This document shows, in pieces, positions 1-15,000 of a stretch of 64,000 bases of DNA. The number at the start of each line of letters is the position of its first letter. Positions within the stretch are counted from its first letter, which is position 1. This stretch comes from Salpingoeca rosetta (lineage: Eukaryota > Protista > Choanoflagellata): NCBI GenBank assembly GCA_033442325.1, contig JAWQFM010000017.1, positions 313,271 through 377,270 on the forward strand, in the 5' to 3' direction. The notes under the pieces were generated by a model that worked only from the letters and a program-made list of their open reading frames with translations, ran no database searches and had not been told where the DNA came from. The translations under genes and the position numbers were made by a program.

Positions 1-1420
<1,420 letters not shown>

Positions 1421-1827
1421 AGTGGCGTGAGCACACACGAGCGCAAACACACACACACACACATACACACACACACACACACACACCAGAGCGCGCACAC
1501 ACACACACTCACGCACACACACACACGCACGCACGCACACAGAGCGCACACACAGAGTTGTTGTCTACTTTCGTACCCCGGCGTTGACAACATGTGCCTG
1601 GTGTTGTTGTGTCGTTTGCGTGTTGTGACTTCTGACCCGACCCTGGGATATACACATGCACATGCAGCTAACTATGAACACACGCACACCGCAAGCGCGA
1701 GCGCAAACCACAGACAGACGCACGAGCACACGCACTCGAGACGCGAACATCAACACAGTGCGTATGAAGGGCAAAAAAAAGAAACTAGAGTTTAGTTGTG
1801 ACTACATAAACACCCAAACCACCCGAA

Positions 1828-1927
1828 NNNNNNNNNNNNNNNNNNNNNNNNNNNNNNNNNNNNNNNNNNNNNNNNNNNNNNNNNNNNNNNNNNNNNNNNN
1901 NNNNNNNNNNNNNNNNNNNNNNNNNNN
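1828..1927. other. Assembly gap (100 N)
   Basis: Run of N. The left flank (~1550-1760) is a degraded copy of sequence to the right of the gap (~1930-2140). Confidence 0.98.
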
Positions 1928-2142
1928 TGCGCATGCAGCTAACCATGAACACACACACACGCACGCAAGAGCGCAAACACACGCACACGCACGCACAGGC
2001 GCACACACGCACACACACACACATATGCACGGAGTGTTGTTTCGTACCCGGGGTGGTGACATGTGCCTGGTGTTGTTGCGCCGTGGCTGTGACTTGTGAC
2101 TCAGTCCCTGGGATACACACATGCACAAGCAGCGAACCATGA

Positions 2143-2175
<33 letters not shown>

Positions 2176-3030
2176 CACACACACACGCACGCACACACGC
2201 ACACACAAGAGCGCGCGCGCACACACACACACATGCACGCACGCACACACACACACACATGCACGCACGTACACACACGCACACGCACGCAAGAGCGCAA
2301 ACACAAACACGCACACGCACGTACAGGCGCACACATATAATCACTCAGAGATACACACAAGACACTCATGCACATACGGACACAGGCAGGATGGGGCCAT
2401 TGCGCACCGTGTGTGTCATTGGCGGATTCGTCGGGCAGAGGCAGTAACTCTTCAGTGATGCCGTCGCGGCCAGACGAAAGAGGAGGTCAGGGTGGTTGTT
2501 GTGTGAAGTCAAGCGATCATGTGAGGGACAGCCAGGCAGGGGAACACTTGAACACCACATGAAGGCTGTTGGTTGTGGGCAAGAGACGTGGGGATGACAA
2601 GTGCGCACCGAGGGTATCGACCAAGTCTTCAGGAGAGATTTGATCGGGAGTGGTGTGGATGGATGCCATCGTTGGAGTGGGGAGGGGTTGGTGGGTGAGG
2701 GCAGTGGAGTCGTGGGTGGGTTGTGCAGTGTGGTGGAGAGGACGGGGTCGTTGCAAAAATGTTTATTTGGGTCAGACACGTTTTTCAAAAGGGAGAATAT
2801 TGGGTGTGTGGTGGGGAGCAATCTCAGGAGCGGTGAGTGGGCCACCGGGAATGCAGACGCACCCGTTGCGCTGCGCCAAAATTGAACGACACCATAAACT
2901 GTAGTGCCTTATCGACCGCAACAGCCAGCAGAAAGAGCCGACACACACTATCAACAGACAGACAGCTCACACACCCGCAAGCAGGCGGTACAAGCAGACA
3001 TAAGTTGTGGAGAGCAGAAGACGGAGAGGC

Positions 3031-3738
3031 ATGGAAGTGACGGTGCAGGTTCTGCCGGGCGGGACGTTTACGTTCACGCTCGAGAATGGCGACGCAACGA
3101 CGGTGGCGGAGGTGAAGGCGCTCGTGGCAAGCAAGGTTGCGGCGTGCGCGGGCAAGCCATTGCTGACGGTGTTCCAGGGCAAGAAGCTGGCGGACGACGA
3201 CACGCTTGGCGCAGCTGGCGTCAAAAGCGGCGACAAGCTGTTTGTGGCCGTTGCCCCGCAGGCACAGGGGTCCCAGGGGTCCCCAGCAGGCAGCGACGAG
3301 ACGAAGCCCGCCCAGCCAGCGGCGACGGGCTCTTCTTCCTCCTCGTCCACGTCAGCAGCGCCCGCAGCCAGCGACTTTGAGGTGATGATTCTGGTTGTGG
3401 GCAAGGGCAAGGAGCCACTGCAGCTGCCAAACGGAGAGAACACCACCGTGGAGGCCCTGCAGAAGCTGATTGCGGGCCGATACCCCGACGTCCCCGTGGA
3501 GACGCAGGCGCTCGCGGCCAACGGCAAGCGCCTCCAGCCGGGCTCGACCCTCAAGACATACAACATCAAGAACAAGCAGACCATCTATGTTGGGAGACAG
3601 GGCGGCGCCGCGCAGCAACAGCAGCAGCCGAAGCCAAGCGACGACGCTCGCTCAGCCGACGAGATTGTGCAGGACATCCTGAAGCACCTCGCAACCCTCA
3701 AGCAGTGCGTGTGTGTGTGTGTGTGTGTGTGTCGCGTT

Positions 3739-3779
<41 letters not shown>

Positions 3780-3781
3780 CT

Positions 3782-3831
<50 letters not shown>

Positions 3832-6444
3832 CTTTCGTGTGTGTGTGTGTGTGTGCGTGTGTGTGTGTGTGTGTGTGTCGTAACCACACTGGTTTGTTTC
3901 GCTCTGTTGTGATTTAGACCATCATACCACCATGTCCTTGGATGTGGATGCGTTCTCAACAAATACGCCGACTCACACACACACACACACACACACACAC
4001 ATGCGCATGCACTTCGCGTCGTCCGCATATCACAGGCAGCTCACGCGTGAGCAGTTTGTCAAGGCCATCCAGAAGTTTGCCAAGCTGCTGGGAAACCTTG
4101 TGGACCATCCAGATGACCCCAAGTACCGCCGTGTGCGCAAGGAGAACGCGGCCCTCCAGCGCGACCTCTTTGGGCACCCGGGCGGCGTCGAGGCTGTCCT
4201 GTAAGCCAGCTCGCTCACACACATGCACATGTGGCAGTGCAATGGAGTGAACGCATCATGTGTGCGTATGTGTGTCGGCGTGTGTGTGTGCGTGTGTATT
4301 CTCGTGGTTTATCCGTGCATCATTATGGCTCTGCTGTCCATCTTTTGAGTTTGGGCTCATCACTTTGCTGCTACTGACCCTTCCCCCGTTGTACCCTCCC
4401 CTCTCCCTGATCCCCATTCCCTTCCCCTTCTGTGCCATCAGTGCGATTGGGTTCCGTGAGAGCGAGGAGGAGCCTGGCTCGCTGTATATCCGGCAGCCGA
4501 GTCCGCACCTTGGTCGCGTCCGCCAAATGATCCAGGCGGCCATGCGACGACAGAACATCCCATTCCCTTGTACGTTTGATTCGCTGCAGCGGGGCTGGGG
4601 TGCATGGGAGGCGAGGGGATGTGTGCTGAGTATGTGTGTGTGTGTGTCTGTGTCTGTGTGTGTGTCTGTGTCTGTGTCTGTGTCTGTGTCTGTGTGTGTC
4701 TGTCTGTCTGTCTGTCCTGTCCTGTCCTGTCCTGTCCTGTCCTTCTCTTTCTGTCTTTCCTGTGTCTTCTTGCCGACCCTGCGTCCTTCCGTGACTCATA
4801 ACCATTTCCCCAACCCCTGACTCTACCCCATCACCACCACGACCACCACCACGTTGCGCACATCAGCTGCCAGCCAGCCCCAGCCGCCGCAGGGCATGGG
4901 TATGGGCATGGGCATGCCCGGATTCCCCTTTGGCGCATTCCCCTTTGGTGGGCCGAGCGCAGGCCGTGGCGACGGTGATGATGGTGATGATGACGAGCAG
5001 CAGCAGCAGTCGTCGTCGTCATCATCGCCATTCGCACCGCCCCCAATGGGCTCCTCCTTTGGCATGATGCAAGATCCCATGATGCAGCAGCTCATGTCAA
5101 ACCCAGAGGTGCGTTGTTGTTGTTGTTGTTGTTGTTGTGTCGTGTTTTGTGTGTGTGTGTGTGTGTGTGTGCGTGTGTGTGTGTTTGTGTCATCCTGCCC
5201 TGTCTCCAATTTGGTCGCACACACATGTTCATCCCCTTCTCACGTCACCATCACCACTCCATCGCTTCATCCCTTTCCCTCCTCCCATATCAGCTGATGC
5301 GAGCTGTTCTCCCGCAGGCCCAGCAGCTCATGTCAAACCCACAGGTGACACCCACGCACCGCCACTTGCTCGGCAGCAGGCACATCATCATGCCACCCAC
5401 CTCTCGCTCTGCGCACACTCAGACACACACACACACACTCACACTCACAATCACAATCACACAATCTCACTCACACACTCCGTCCCTCCATCCCCCTTCA
5501 ACCATGTTCACCACCGCCACCATTGCATGCGCACCAGATGATGCAGCAGATGCTGCAGCAGGCGGCGAGCGACCCCCGATTCGCCAACAACCCCATGCTC
5601 TCCTCCCTCCTCCAGGACCCGCAGGTCCGCTGTCATGCGTGCAAGGAGAGGGAATGGCTGTCTGCCCGTCTGTGTGTCTAATTGCGTGTGTTTGTTGTTT
5701 TCACCACTGCTCACAACCATCACCACCCTCGTCGTCGTCGTCGTCACCACAGGCGATGCAGCAGATGTCTGCCATGGCGAGCCAGTTTGCAGCGAACCCG
5801 CAGGTCAGACAACCACACACACACAAGCACACACACCCACACATACAGAGTTACACACACACACACACATACGCGCGCACACACACAATCGATTGTCAGC
5901 CCACCTCTTCACGCCCTCTGCTCACCCCTGCCACTGGTGTCCAGATGATGGAGTCGATGATGGGATCGCTCGGTGGAATGGGCGGAATGGGCGGAATGGG
6001 CGGAATGGGCGGAATGGGCGGAATGGGTGGAACACAACAACAGCAACAACAACAACAGCAGCAAGAGCAGCAGCAGCAGCCCGGAGGACAGCAACCAGGA
6101 GGACAGCAGCAGCAGCAGCCGTCGCCGTGGGGAGGATTGTAAGTTGATGGCGGAGGGAAATGGAGGCAGGTGAAGTCGTGTGGAGAGCTGGTGGTACCTT
6201 GTGCCTGTTGCACGATGTTGTGAACACATGCATATGCTCACTCAAACACACACACACACACACCCTCCCAATCAGTGGCGGGTCGTCGCTGCAGGCGCAG
6301 GAGGACGCGATGATGGCGGAGGCGATTCGCCGCTCCCTGCAGGACCAGAGCAACCCACCACCCGGCAACAACAACAGCAACAACAACAGCAACGGCAATG
6401 GTGGTGGCAGCGGCGGTCGGGATGATGTGCCGGATGTGGACTGA
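3031..6444 (+). CDS. Multi-exon ubiquitin-shuttle-like protein: 2x UBL + PUB + STI1-like repeats + C-terminal UIM
   Basis: Exon 1 has two ubiquitin-like domains (MEVTVQVLPG..VFQGKKLADDDTLGAAGVKSGD; ..ANGKRLQPGSTLKTYNIKNKQTIYV). The PUB domain is KLLGNLVDHPDDPKYRRVRKEN..GGVEAVL|AIGF. STI1-like repeats include MMQDPMMQQLMSNPE, QQLMSNPQ and LLQDPQ. The UIM-like motif is QEDAMMAEAIRRSLQD. GT-AG introns join the exons; stop TGA at 6442-6444. Confidence 0.85.
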
Positions 6445-6537
6445 TGCGCTTTGCGTCAAGTGTGCACAGTTGAGTTTGGTACCGTTTGTGTGTGTGTGTG
6501 TGTGTGCGTGTGTGTGTGTGTGTGAGTGTGTGTGTGT

Positions 6538-6575
<38 letters not shown>

Positions 6576-6606
6576 ATGTGTGTGTGTGGAAGTATGTGTG
6601 TGTGTG

Positions 6607-6673
<67 letters not shown>

Positions 6674-6913
6674 GTTCCGTCACTCGAGCAATTCACATCA
6701 AGCAAACATATACAGTCTCAGCATGGCTGATCGATCAGTTGAAACTCGTTGATGGGATGGGTTCAGTTTAGGGGCGGGGGATAACGCGTGCAATAGAAGA
6801 TGGGTCAGTGGAAGACGAGGAGGGGGTTGCGTGAGCAGAGAAGCTGCCACGAGTGATGACAGGGGCAAGGATGTGGTCAGGGTTGAAGGGAGCTTCTTCA
6901 CCCCACACATTCC

Positions 6914-8029
6914 TCATGGCGTGTGGCTGAGCAGCTGCATGCGAACGCTGTCATTGTGCTGGTACAGAATCGCACATGGGAACAGTTCATCGGTTGGTTG
7001 GAAGACGTTCTGGTACGCCACGCCAGCGTTGGTGCCATTGACGATGAACGAAATGGTGCGAGCGTTGCGATCCACCACCATGTCGACGACAGCGCCGTTT
7101 GAGAGCCTTCCAGTGGATGCATCATAAGTCTTGCCCCTGAAGCTGGTGGGCGGACCCGAATAGAGGGTGCTGTTTGTATGGACGAACCACCCGCTCTGAT
7201 TGAACATGCTGGTGCCATCCCGGTTGAAGGATGATGGCGCCAGGCCAAGCAAAATGGCGCCACCTGTCTGCATGATAGTGAATCGGACGGTCGTGATGCC
7301 GGTCGCAGGGATCGCTTCACCAAGGGCGTTGGTGTCCCACTGATAATTATCAACAGTCTTTGTCACCGTGTCCTGCCGGGTGTTGAGGGTATACTTTTCG
7401 CCTGGTGTAAACTTGCACGTCGTTGGCTTCGGAGGCGTGAGGGCCTCCAGCAGCTCTGGCAGCTGGTAGAACTCTGCGTCTTCTCGGAGCGCCTCCAACT
7501 CTGCTTTGCTCAGGCGGTCGAGCTTGGGTGGCTGCCCCCGCATGAAGTTGAGGACGTGCCGAAACACGAAAGGGTCGCGGTCGACGAAGAAGGAGCCGTC
7601 ATCCTCGGGCTGCAGCTCGTGGCGGCCACTGAACATGCCTGCGAAGAAGCTTTTGGCAAACTTGGTTAGCGTCTGCTTGGACGTGGCAAACACAGTTCCG
7701 CCAATGTCCAGCTTCACCCTGGACTGCGGCACGACGCTGGCGTCCAGCTTCGTGGCCAGCACCTCCCACGTCGCCTTCTCCTCCGCCAGCGCATTTCGGT
7801 CGCGCCGCAGCATGTCCACTTCTTCCTCAAACACGGCCGTCAGCTCCTGGTACTTTGCCTGCAGCCGCCGAATACCGCGCTCAAAGTCGTACGGCTCCAC
7901 CTCCTTGGCCTTGCCCTTGGCCTTGTCCTCGTCCGCGCTGCCTTGCTTCCTATCCTTGGCATTCTTCTCCTCGGGCTGCTGCTCGCCGCCCTGCTTGTCG
8001 ACGTCCTGCTTTGGCTTTGGGTCGGACAT
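6914..8029 (-). CDS. Intronless coiled-coil + BTB/POZ (KCTD/T1-type) + SPRY/B30.2-like protein
   Basis: Single 371-aa ORF from MSDPKPK. KCTD-type BTB is RVKLDIGGTVFATSKQTL..FFAGMFSGR..FFVDRDPFVFRHVLNFMR..EDAEFYQL. The C-terminus is SPRY-like (ILLGLA..GAVVDMVVDRNARTISFIVNG..GVAY..LFPCA). Confidence 0.9.
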   Translation of the reverse strand: MSDPKPKQDVDKQGGEQQPEEKNAKDRKQGSADEDKAKGKAKEVEPYDFERGIRRLQAKYQELTAVFEEEVDMLRRDRNALAEEKATWEVLATKLDASVVPQSRVKLDIGGTVFATSKQTLTKFAKSFFAGMFSGRHELQPEDDGSFFVDRDPFVFRHVLNFMRGQPPKLDRLSKAELEALREDAEFYQLPELLEALTPPKPTTCKFTPGEKYTLNTRQDTVTKTVDNYQWDTNALGEAIPATGITTVRFTIMQTGGAILLGLAPSSFNRDGTSMFNQSGWFVHTNSTLYSGPPTSFRGKTYDASTGRLSNGAVVDMVVDRNARTISFIVNGTNAGVAYQNVFQPTDELFPCAILYQHNDSVRMQLLSHTP

Positions 8030-8195
8030 CTTGTTTGTTTGTTTTGTGGACTTTTGACAACAACACCAACGAAATTTCGGCATTCACCACACTTGGTTGC
8101 TGGCCTTCTTGTCCGCTTGTCACAGGTTCAATTTCAACCAGTTCTACACATGGCACACCACAAAGCGCTTGGGTCCAGTTATGTTAACATACGTT

Positions 8196-8267
8196 CTACA
8201 CCACAGACTCGCTAGCTGAGTTGCTGTGCACAGAGCTCCCCACCTCCTGCTCCAGCCGTAAGCCCCG

Positions 8268-8305
<38 letters not shown>

Positions 8306-8608
8306 GCTCTTCTGTGTGCCCATGTGCTTCATCCCTGCCGCCGCCCCGCTCGCCTCCACCACCTCCATCACCATCGTCATCGTCATCGTCGTCGTCGTCG
8401 TCAGCGCCATCCGAGAGTGGGGGCATGAGGTGGGCCAGCGATTCAAGCACCGAGCGCATCGTCTGGGCCTGCTCCCGCGCACTCCGCGCTTCACCAAAAT
8501 CTTCGTCACTGTCCTCAAAACCACTGCTGCTGGTGGGGGTGGTATCAATCACGTCATCGTCATCGTCGTCGCTGCTGCTGCTGCTGTCATCACGACGCCT
8601 GCCGCTGT

Positions 8609-8641
<33 letters not shown>

Positions 8642-9155
8642 TGTTGTCGTTGTTGTTGTTTGCGCTGAATGTGCTCGCGTGCAGCTGGTCGACAATCGTG
8701 CGGATGTCAAACCTCGCCTGCTCGCGGGGCGATTGCCGGCGCGTGAACAGCCGCTGGCACCGCCCGACAATGGCCGCAAAGAACGGGGCGCACGCCACCA
8801 CCGTGATGAGGATGAACACGCCTGTCAGCGTCCAGAAGGCGAGCCCGTATGTGACGCTGTCGCACTGTCGCCGGCACTCCCGCGAGCACCCAAACACCTG
8901 GGCGAACACGTGTGTGTTTGTGTTGGGATAAAGGGCGAGGGGAGGGGTTGGAAGGAAAGGAAGTGGGTGTGAGAATGGGAATGAAAACAGAGAGGTGGAG
9001 AAGAGTACTGGGGCCAACAGGCACACAAACCACCAAGCGAACCATCAATCGCAATACGTGAACCAATCACAGTGCGTGGGCGCGGACTCACCCATGCAGC
9101 GCCGCAGATGAGCCAAATGCCCCTAAAGTGTGGCAAATGTGTGTGTGTGTATGTG

Positions 9156-9222
<67 letters not shown>

Positions 9223-9414
9223 AAGACAATGGGAGGGGAAACTGCAACACCAGTTGTAAGGGAAGCCAGTGCAAACTGTGAAGTACTCACAGGAAGGTCT
9301 GCAGCAGCGATTGAAACTCAATGAACCATCCAAAGCGAAGGTTGATCATCTCCTCGTCCTCTGCGCCCAGGAACCGCGAGGCGTGTGTGAGCGAGAGAGG
9401 AACGGTGGCAGATT

Positions 9415-9509
<95 letters not shown>

Positions 9510-10263
9510 CGTGATTCAGACCAGACGACACGAAGGAATGCAGAGAGCAACGCCATCAGCCCAATGATCGTCTCACCGCCAAGCTGTCGCCGCCGCTGCT
9601 TGAGTCGACTCAGCGTGGCCGCCACCACAGACAGCCACAGCAAACACACCCCAAACACCTGGCACGCGCACCAAACAAGCACACACACACACACGCACCC
9701 GCACATCGTGTGATATGGCAGATGTGAGGGCGCGCGCAACACCATTCCAACCAAACGAGCCAGCCAACGAGGCAGCACGCGTGTGCATGAGATGCGAACA
9801 GGAAAGCGTGATGTGTAAACTATTGCTTGCAACTCACAATCATCCACGCGCTGATGCGAGGATCACCGTCACACTTCTCCTCCGCTCCTGTGTTGCGCGG
9901 CAGACACATGGCGATCGAGCACGCGTGAGCAATGTTGCCACAATGACACACACACACGCACGCATTCAAAGCAAGTTGCCAACTCACGACAGAACATGCA
10001 CGCACATGCACACAAGTCACACGCCTGCACACACGAGAAACAGGTCGATGCGCTCGTACCCATGACGATGAGGACAATGGGCAGCCCATAGAACACGCCG
10101 AGGTACGCAGAGAACAGCACTGGCACCGGTGTAAAGAGGTGTCATACAAGAGGGTTAGGGTTGTGAGGGAGTGGGTGTGTGTGTGTGTGTGTAATTGAGT
10201 GAGTGAGAGAGAGAGAGTGTGTGTGTGTGTGATTGAGTGAGTATGGGTAAGAGAGAGAGAGAG

Positions 10264-10350
<87 letters not shown>

Positions 10351-11129
10351 TCGTGTGCAAACTCACGAAAGCCGAGGGAGCGGGTGAGCCACGATGCATG
10401 TCGACGGGTTACTCTCCTGCAACACGGAATGATTCGTCGCCGCAAACACGTGATGTGATGTGAGCGGGAAATGCATGCAGGCCCTCGCACAGCAGACGGA
10501 GAGAGGGAGAGGGAGAGGGAGAGGGAGAGAGCACAGCGCGCGCAGAAAGATAGCCACACACGCGCACACACACGCACACACACGCACACAGATAGACACA
10601 CTTACACCACACGCATGCACACGCATGCACACGCATGCACACGCACACGCACGCACACGCACGCACACGCACGCACACGCACGCACACGCACGCACACGC
10701 ACGCACACGCAATACGACGCACTCTGTGCTTGTTGCCATGATGGCTTCGTAGGATGGGAGTTCATCGTCAGTGTCGTCATCATCACCCAGCGTGACGGTG
10801 GCTGTGCCGCGTTGTGCCGCATCCGTAGCGTCTGTGGATGAAGCAGGTTGCTCGCCATCAGCACCGCTCTCCGCTTTCTTGTCTGTCACGCATGCAATGC
10901 GCAATGCAACAGAACGCGACACCAAGGTGGGTGAGCGTTGACTGCAACAGAGATGCTGCAACGAACAGCGCCCACATCACAGCCACACTCATCGCACTCG
11001 CGCACCTCCTGTTTTGACGTCGATGATGGTTCCATCCCATACGCCTTGCGCCGACAGGCTCTTTGACGGTTTCAACTGTTGCAAACGTGGACACTTGGCA
11101 AGTGAGCTGCATGTGCGTCTCATATACAA

Positions 11130-11163
<34 letters not shown>

Positions 11164-11439
11164 AGAAAGAGAGCGCGAGAGGCATACGCACACACACACA
11201 CGTACGCACGCACACACGCACGCAAACACACACAGCGCACCTGCGTGCCGCGAATGAAGAAGCGCATGTGTTTTGAGGTTGGGGTGTAGCCCGTGATGGA
11301 AGCGATGCGCTGATGCAGATCATACAAGGTGTCTGCTGGCGATACGCCAATCACCACGCGCTCCCGCCCATCAAACACACAGACCACAGAGTACTCTGCC
11401 ACATGGAACAGCTCGTGCTCTGCAAACCACACACGCACA

Positions 11440-11532
<93 letters not shown>

Positions 11533-11809
11533 GCGATCACTGTGTGAGACACAACCAACGACACTTGCTTGGATGCTTGCAGGGTGTCGTTGCGTGCAAG
11601 GTGGCGTGGCGTCTATGTTCTCTTCTTGCACGCACTCATCCTGTGTTCGTTCACACATCCCGTTCCCCCTTCCCCCTTCCTTTTCATCTCTTTCTCTCCC
11701 TATCCATCTATTGAGACGCACCGACTGTGTCGTAGCTTGGAAGCTCATCGCGGGTGCCAGCACCCGCATCCCCCGCCGTGTCACCACCACCGCTGCCACC
11801 GCCATTCAT
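8196..11809 (-). CDS. Multi-exon membrane protein: UBL domain + LPSY motifs + TMEM272-like transmembrane domain + acidic tail
   Basis: Exons: MNGGG..ELPSYD; UBL-like [23 protein letters not shown]|[20 protein letters not shown]; ELPSYEAIM. The TM segments [40 protein letters not shown]|VFG and [13 protein letters not shown] match the TMEM272 pattern as I recall it. Some internal exon boundaries are uncertain. Confidence 0.65.
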
Positions 11810-12056
11810 CACGTACACACACGCACACCGCAAAGCAACAGAAGCAGAAGCAAACGCAAACAAAGCCAACAACGGCACGAAATGACTGCAGCAGCAGAAG
11901 AAGGACAGCAGAGGCGCCGCGCAAATTTCAAACGAAGGTGTGATTTGAGCGCACAAGCGCCCATGATGAGATCCACACCACACACTTCACAAGTTCACAC
12001 TTCACATCACACACCACAAGCACAGACTTCAGCGCTTCAGCACTTCAGCTCACTCA

Positions 12057-15000
12057 TTACGCAAACGAGCACTCGTCTCCCTCGCCTGCACCCTCCCCCC
12101 TTTCCTCCTCCGTGCCCTGCTCTCCCCTCTGTCTCAATTGCTGCGCTCGCGGCGTGAAAGTAAAGACACCGCTGCTGTTGTTGCTCGCGCTGCCGCCACT
12201 TTGAAGCGTGAACACCCGCCGTGGCGACAACAGATGCCGCTGCTGCTGCTGGTGATGGTGGTGGTGGTGGTGGTGGTGGTGACGATGATGATGCTCATTG
12301 TGGTGGCTGTCGTAGTTGGCGAGGGTGGCGAGGTTGGTAGCTGCTGAGGACGCGAACGACGATGGTGAGGGATACGGATAAGACGCCGTACCGTGCGCTG
12401 TCGTCGTCGTCGTCGTTGAAAGCGAGCACATGTGGTGTGCTGTTGACGGGGCGGACGATACCACCAACCTTGCATCAGATGACTCAACATCAACGGCAGG
12501 CCGCGTCAGATCAAGGAACAGGTCATCCTCATCATCGCCTACACCATCTTGCACAAACGCAAAATCAAGCACTTGCGGGGTCTCGCGCCGCACCTCGCCA
12601 CCGTCCAGCACCAGTTGCTGCGCATCAACACAGGGCGCTGTTGCTGTTGTTGGTATTGGTGTTGTTGGTGTTGCTGTTACTCTTGCTGCTGTTATTGGTG
12701 TTGCTGTTGTTGGTGCTGCTGTTGTTGGTGTTGCTGTTGCTGCTGCTGTTGGCAGTGCGCCCTCATGCAACAATGAGCTCAAGGGAGCGACATCAAGGCT
12801 GTCACCCTCGTCCCCGCCATCATCATCAATACCGCCGCCGCCATCACACTTGTGATGGTTGTCATCCCGTGTATGCAGCGCAATGCCGCTGTCAGGGTTG
12901 GCTGCTTTGCCAGTGGCCTCGTCAGCCGAGGACACATGCAGCGAAGGAATCGTAAACGGCAGCAGGGGCAGCGTCTCAAACGCACTCTCGCCAGCGTTGT
13001 GGTGATGCCGCTGAATGCTGGCGCTGAAACCGTTGTGGGCGTGGTGGCTGCTGCTGCAGCTGCCGTTGCTGTTTCCATTGTGATGGCTGCTGCTACCGTT
13101 GCTTTCAGCGTTGTGGTTGCTGGTGTGCTCGTGCGGTAAATGGGCGGAGTTACCACCATCCCCTGCTTTTGACATGGATGCCATTATTGTTGTGTTCACT
13201 CCGTTGCTCAGCACGCCACTTTCCCCAATGCCCAACGCAGCAATGCGCTGTCTCAGCTCTCCGCTGCCAAGCCCACGACCAGCCATCATGGCCAAGTCGC
13301 CAAAGCTGTGGCGGCTGGACCGCCGGCTGTCGCACGGCGTATTCGTGGTGCCGCCACTGCTGGCACCTCTGCTGCCGTCGCTGCTGCGGACACTGACGCT
13401 GCGGCTCACACTCGTCGACCGCCCGCCGCGCGACAGTGACCGTGACGATGGCGACGCTGCAACCACACCCTGCGACACACACAGCCGGCTTCCACTCAGC
13501 CCGCCGCTGCTACAGCTGCTGCTCAACGCATGCCGCGCCCTCCTACGCGATGAACGCGCACTACTGCTGCTGTTGCTGCCGCTGCCTTGTATGGTGGTGG
13601 CTGGCCACCCGACGCTTCCTCTCCCATGCACGGCCTCACCTCTGTCACAACTGCGTCCACTGCTGTTGCAGCCACTGCCGCTTATTGTTGTTGCTGCTGC
13701 TGCTGCTGTTGTTGTTGCTGCTGTTGCTGCTGTTCTTGTTGCTGCTGCTGTTGTTGCTGCTGCTGTTCTTGTACTGACCCCAACACCAACAACGCGAACG
13801 CCTCGCCCGACATCACCAGCGCCATCGCCGTCGTCGTCAGTGTCGCTGCCGCATGTGCTGGTGCAGTGCAGCGTGTGCGCGGCCGGCGTTGCGCAGCCAG
13901 CAAACGTGGCTCGCCGTCGCGCGGCAAACGGGGGGCGCCCGGGCCCGCTGTAGCTCGTAAACGCCGATCGCGCCCCTCCCAATCCCCGCCCCTCAGACGA
14001 CTCGTCGGCGCTGGCGTCGTCGTTGCTGTTCACCCCGTCCAACACAACGGGGGCAGACCGGCGACGTTGTCCGCTAGACCATGATGACACATGCAGCTGG
14101 TCCGCACGGAGGTGGCGGTGGCGGTGGCGGTGGTGGCGCTCACGGGCACGCGCAACAGATGACCGCACGCCAGACGACGATGACGACACTGCTGTTGCTC
14201 CACACTCACGCACGTGCGCACGATGGTGGGAAGAAGGTGAATGTGCCTGTAGCTGCTCCTCGTGTGGCGTTCTCTCAGCTGCCAACAATGACACCGTGCC
14301 GTCACCGTCACCGCGCACGTAACTGCTGCTGCTGCTGCTGCGGATCACACGGCCACTGCCATGGGTCCTCAGCAACCCAACACCACCAACACCACCAACA
14401 CCAACAAGACCATCAACAACACCATTACGACGCGGCGAGTGCGGCGAGTGCGGCGATACCGGTGATTGTGGTTCCTGGACACCTGCGCTTCTCCTGTATA
14501 CATCTGGGGATCCTTGACTGGTGTGCCGCAAAGTGTCCTGACTGGCCCGTTCGCCAGGTCTTGAACGCCGGCACCTCCTCCTCCCTTTCTTCCTTCTCTT
14601 TCTCCTCCTCCTCCTTCTTGACGTCCACGGCTGTGCAGCCCCTTCCTGGTTCACCTCTTCCTGCTTGTCTAGTGTAGTCTCCGTCTTAATCCTTCGTCGC
14701 ACCCGTCCCTCTCCACGCCCCTCGCGCAGCAGGTGGTCCATGCTCCTGTACCTGCTGCTGAACTCACTCCTCCCGCCCCTCGTGCACGCACTGCGGCTGC
14801 GACGGGAGTGCAGGCTGTCTCCCTCGTCAGCAACTCTTGCCTGCGGTCCCATGCGAGGCGACGACGCTGCCGTGGCCATCGGCGTCACAGGGGCTGTGTT
14901 GGCGCGCGATGGCGCAGGTGAGTAGTCCGTGGACAGCAGCGCCATGTAAATGGGTAAGGCCTCAAACGCGTGCTCGTGCACCCGCACAGGGTTGCGCTTC

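Noticed and set aside
1550-2140. Apparent tandem exon duplication around the first gap
   Set aside because: The left copy is an error-rich version of the right copy and abuts the N run, so it is probably a low-quality contig end.
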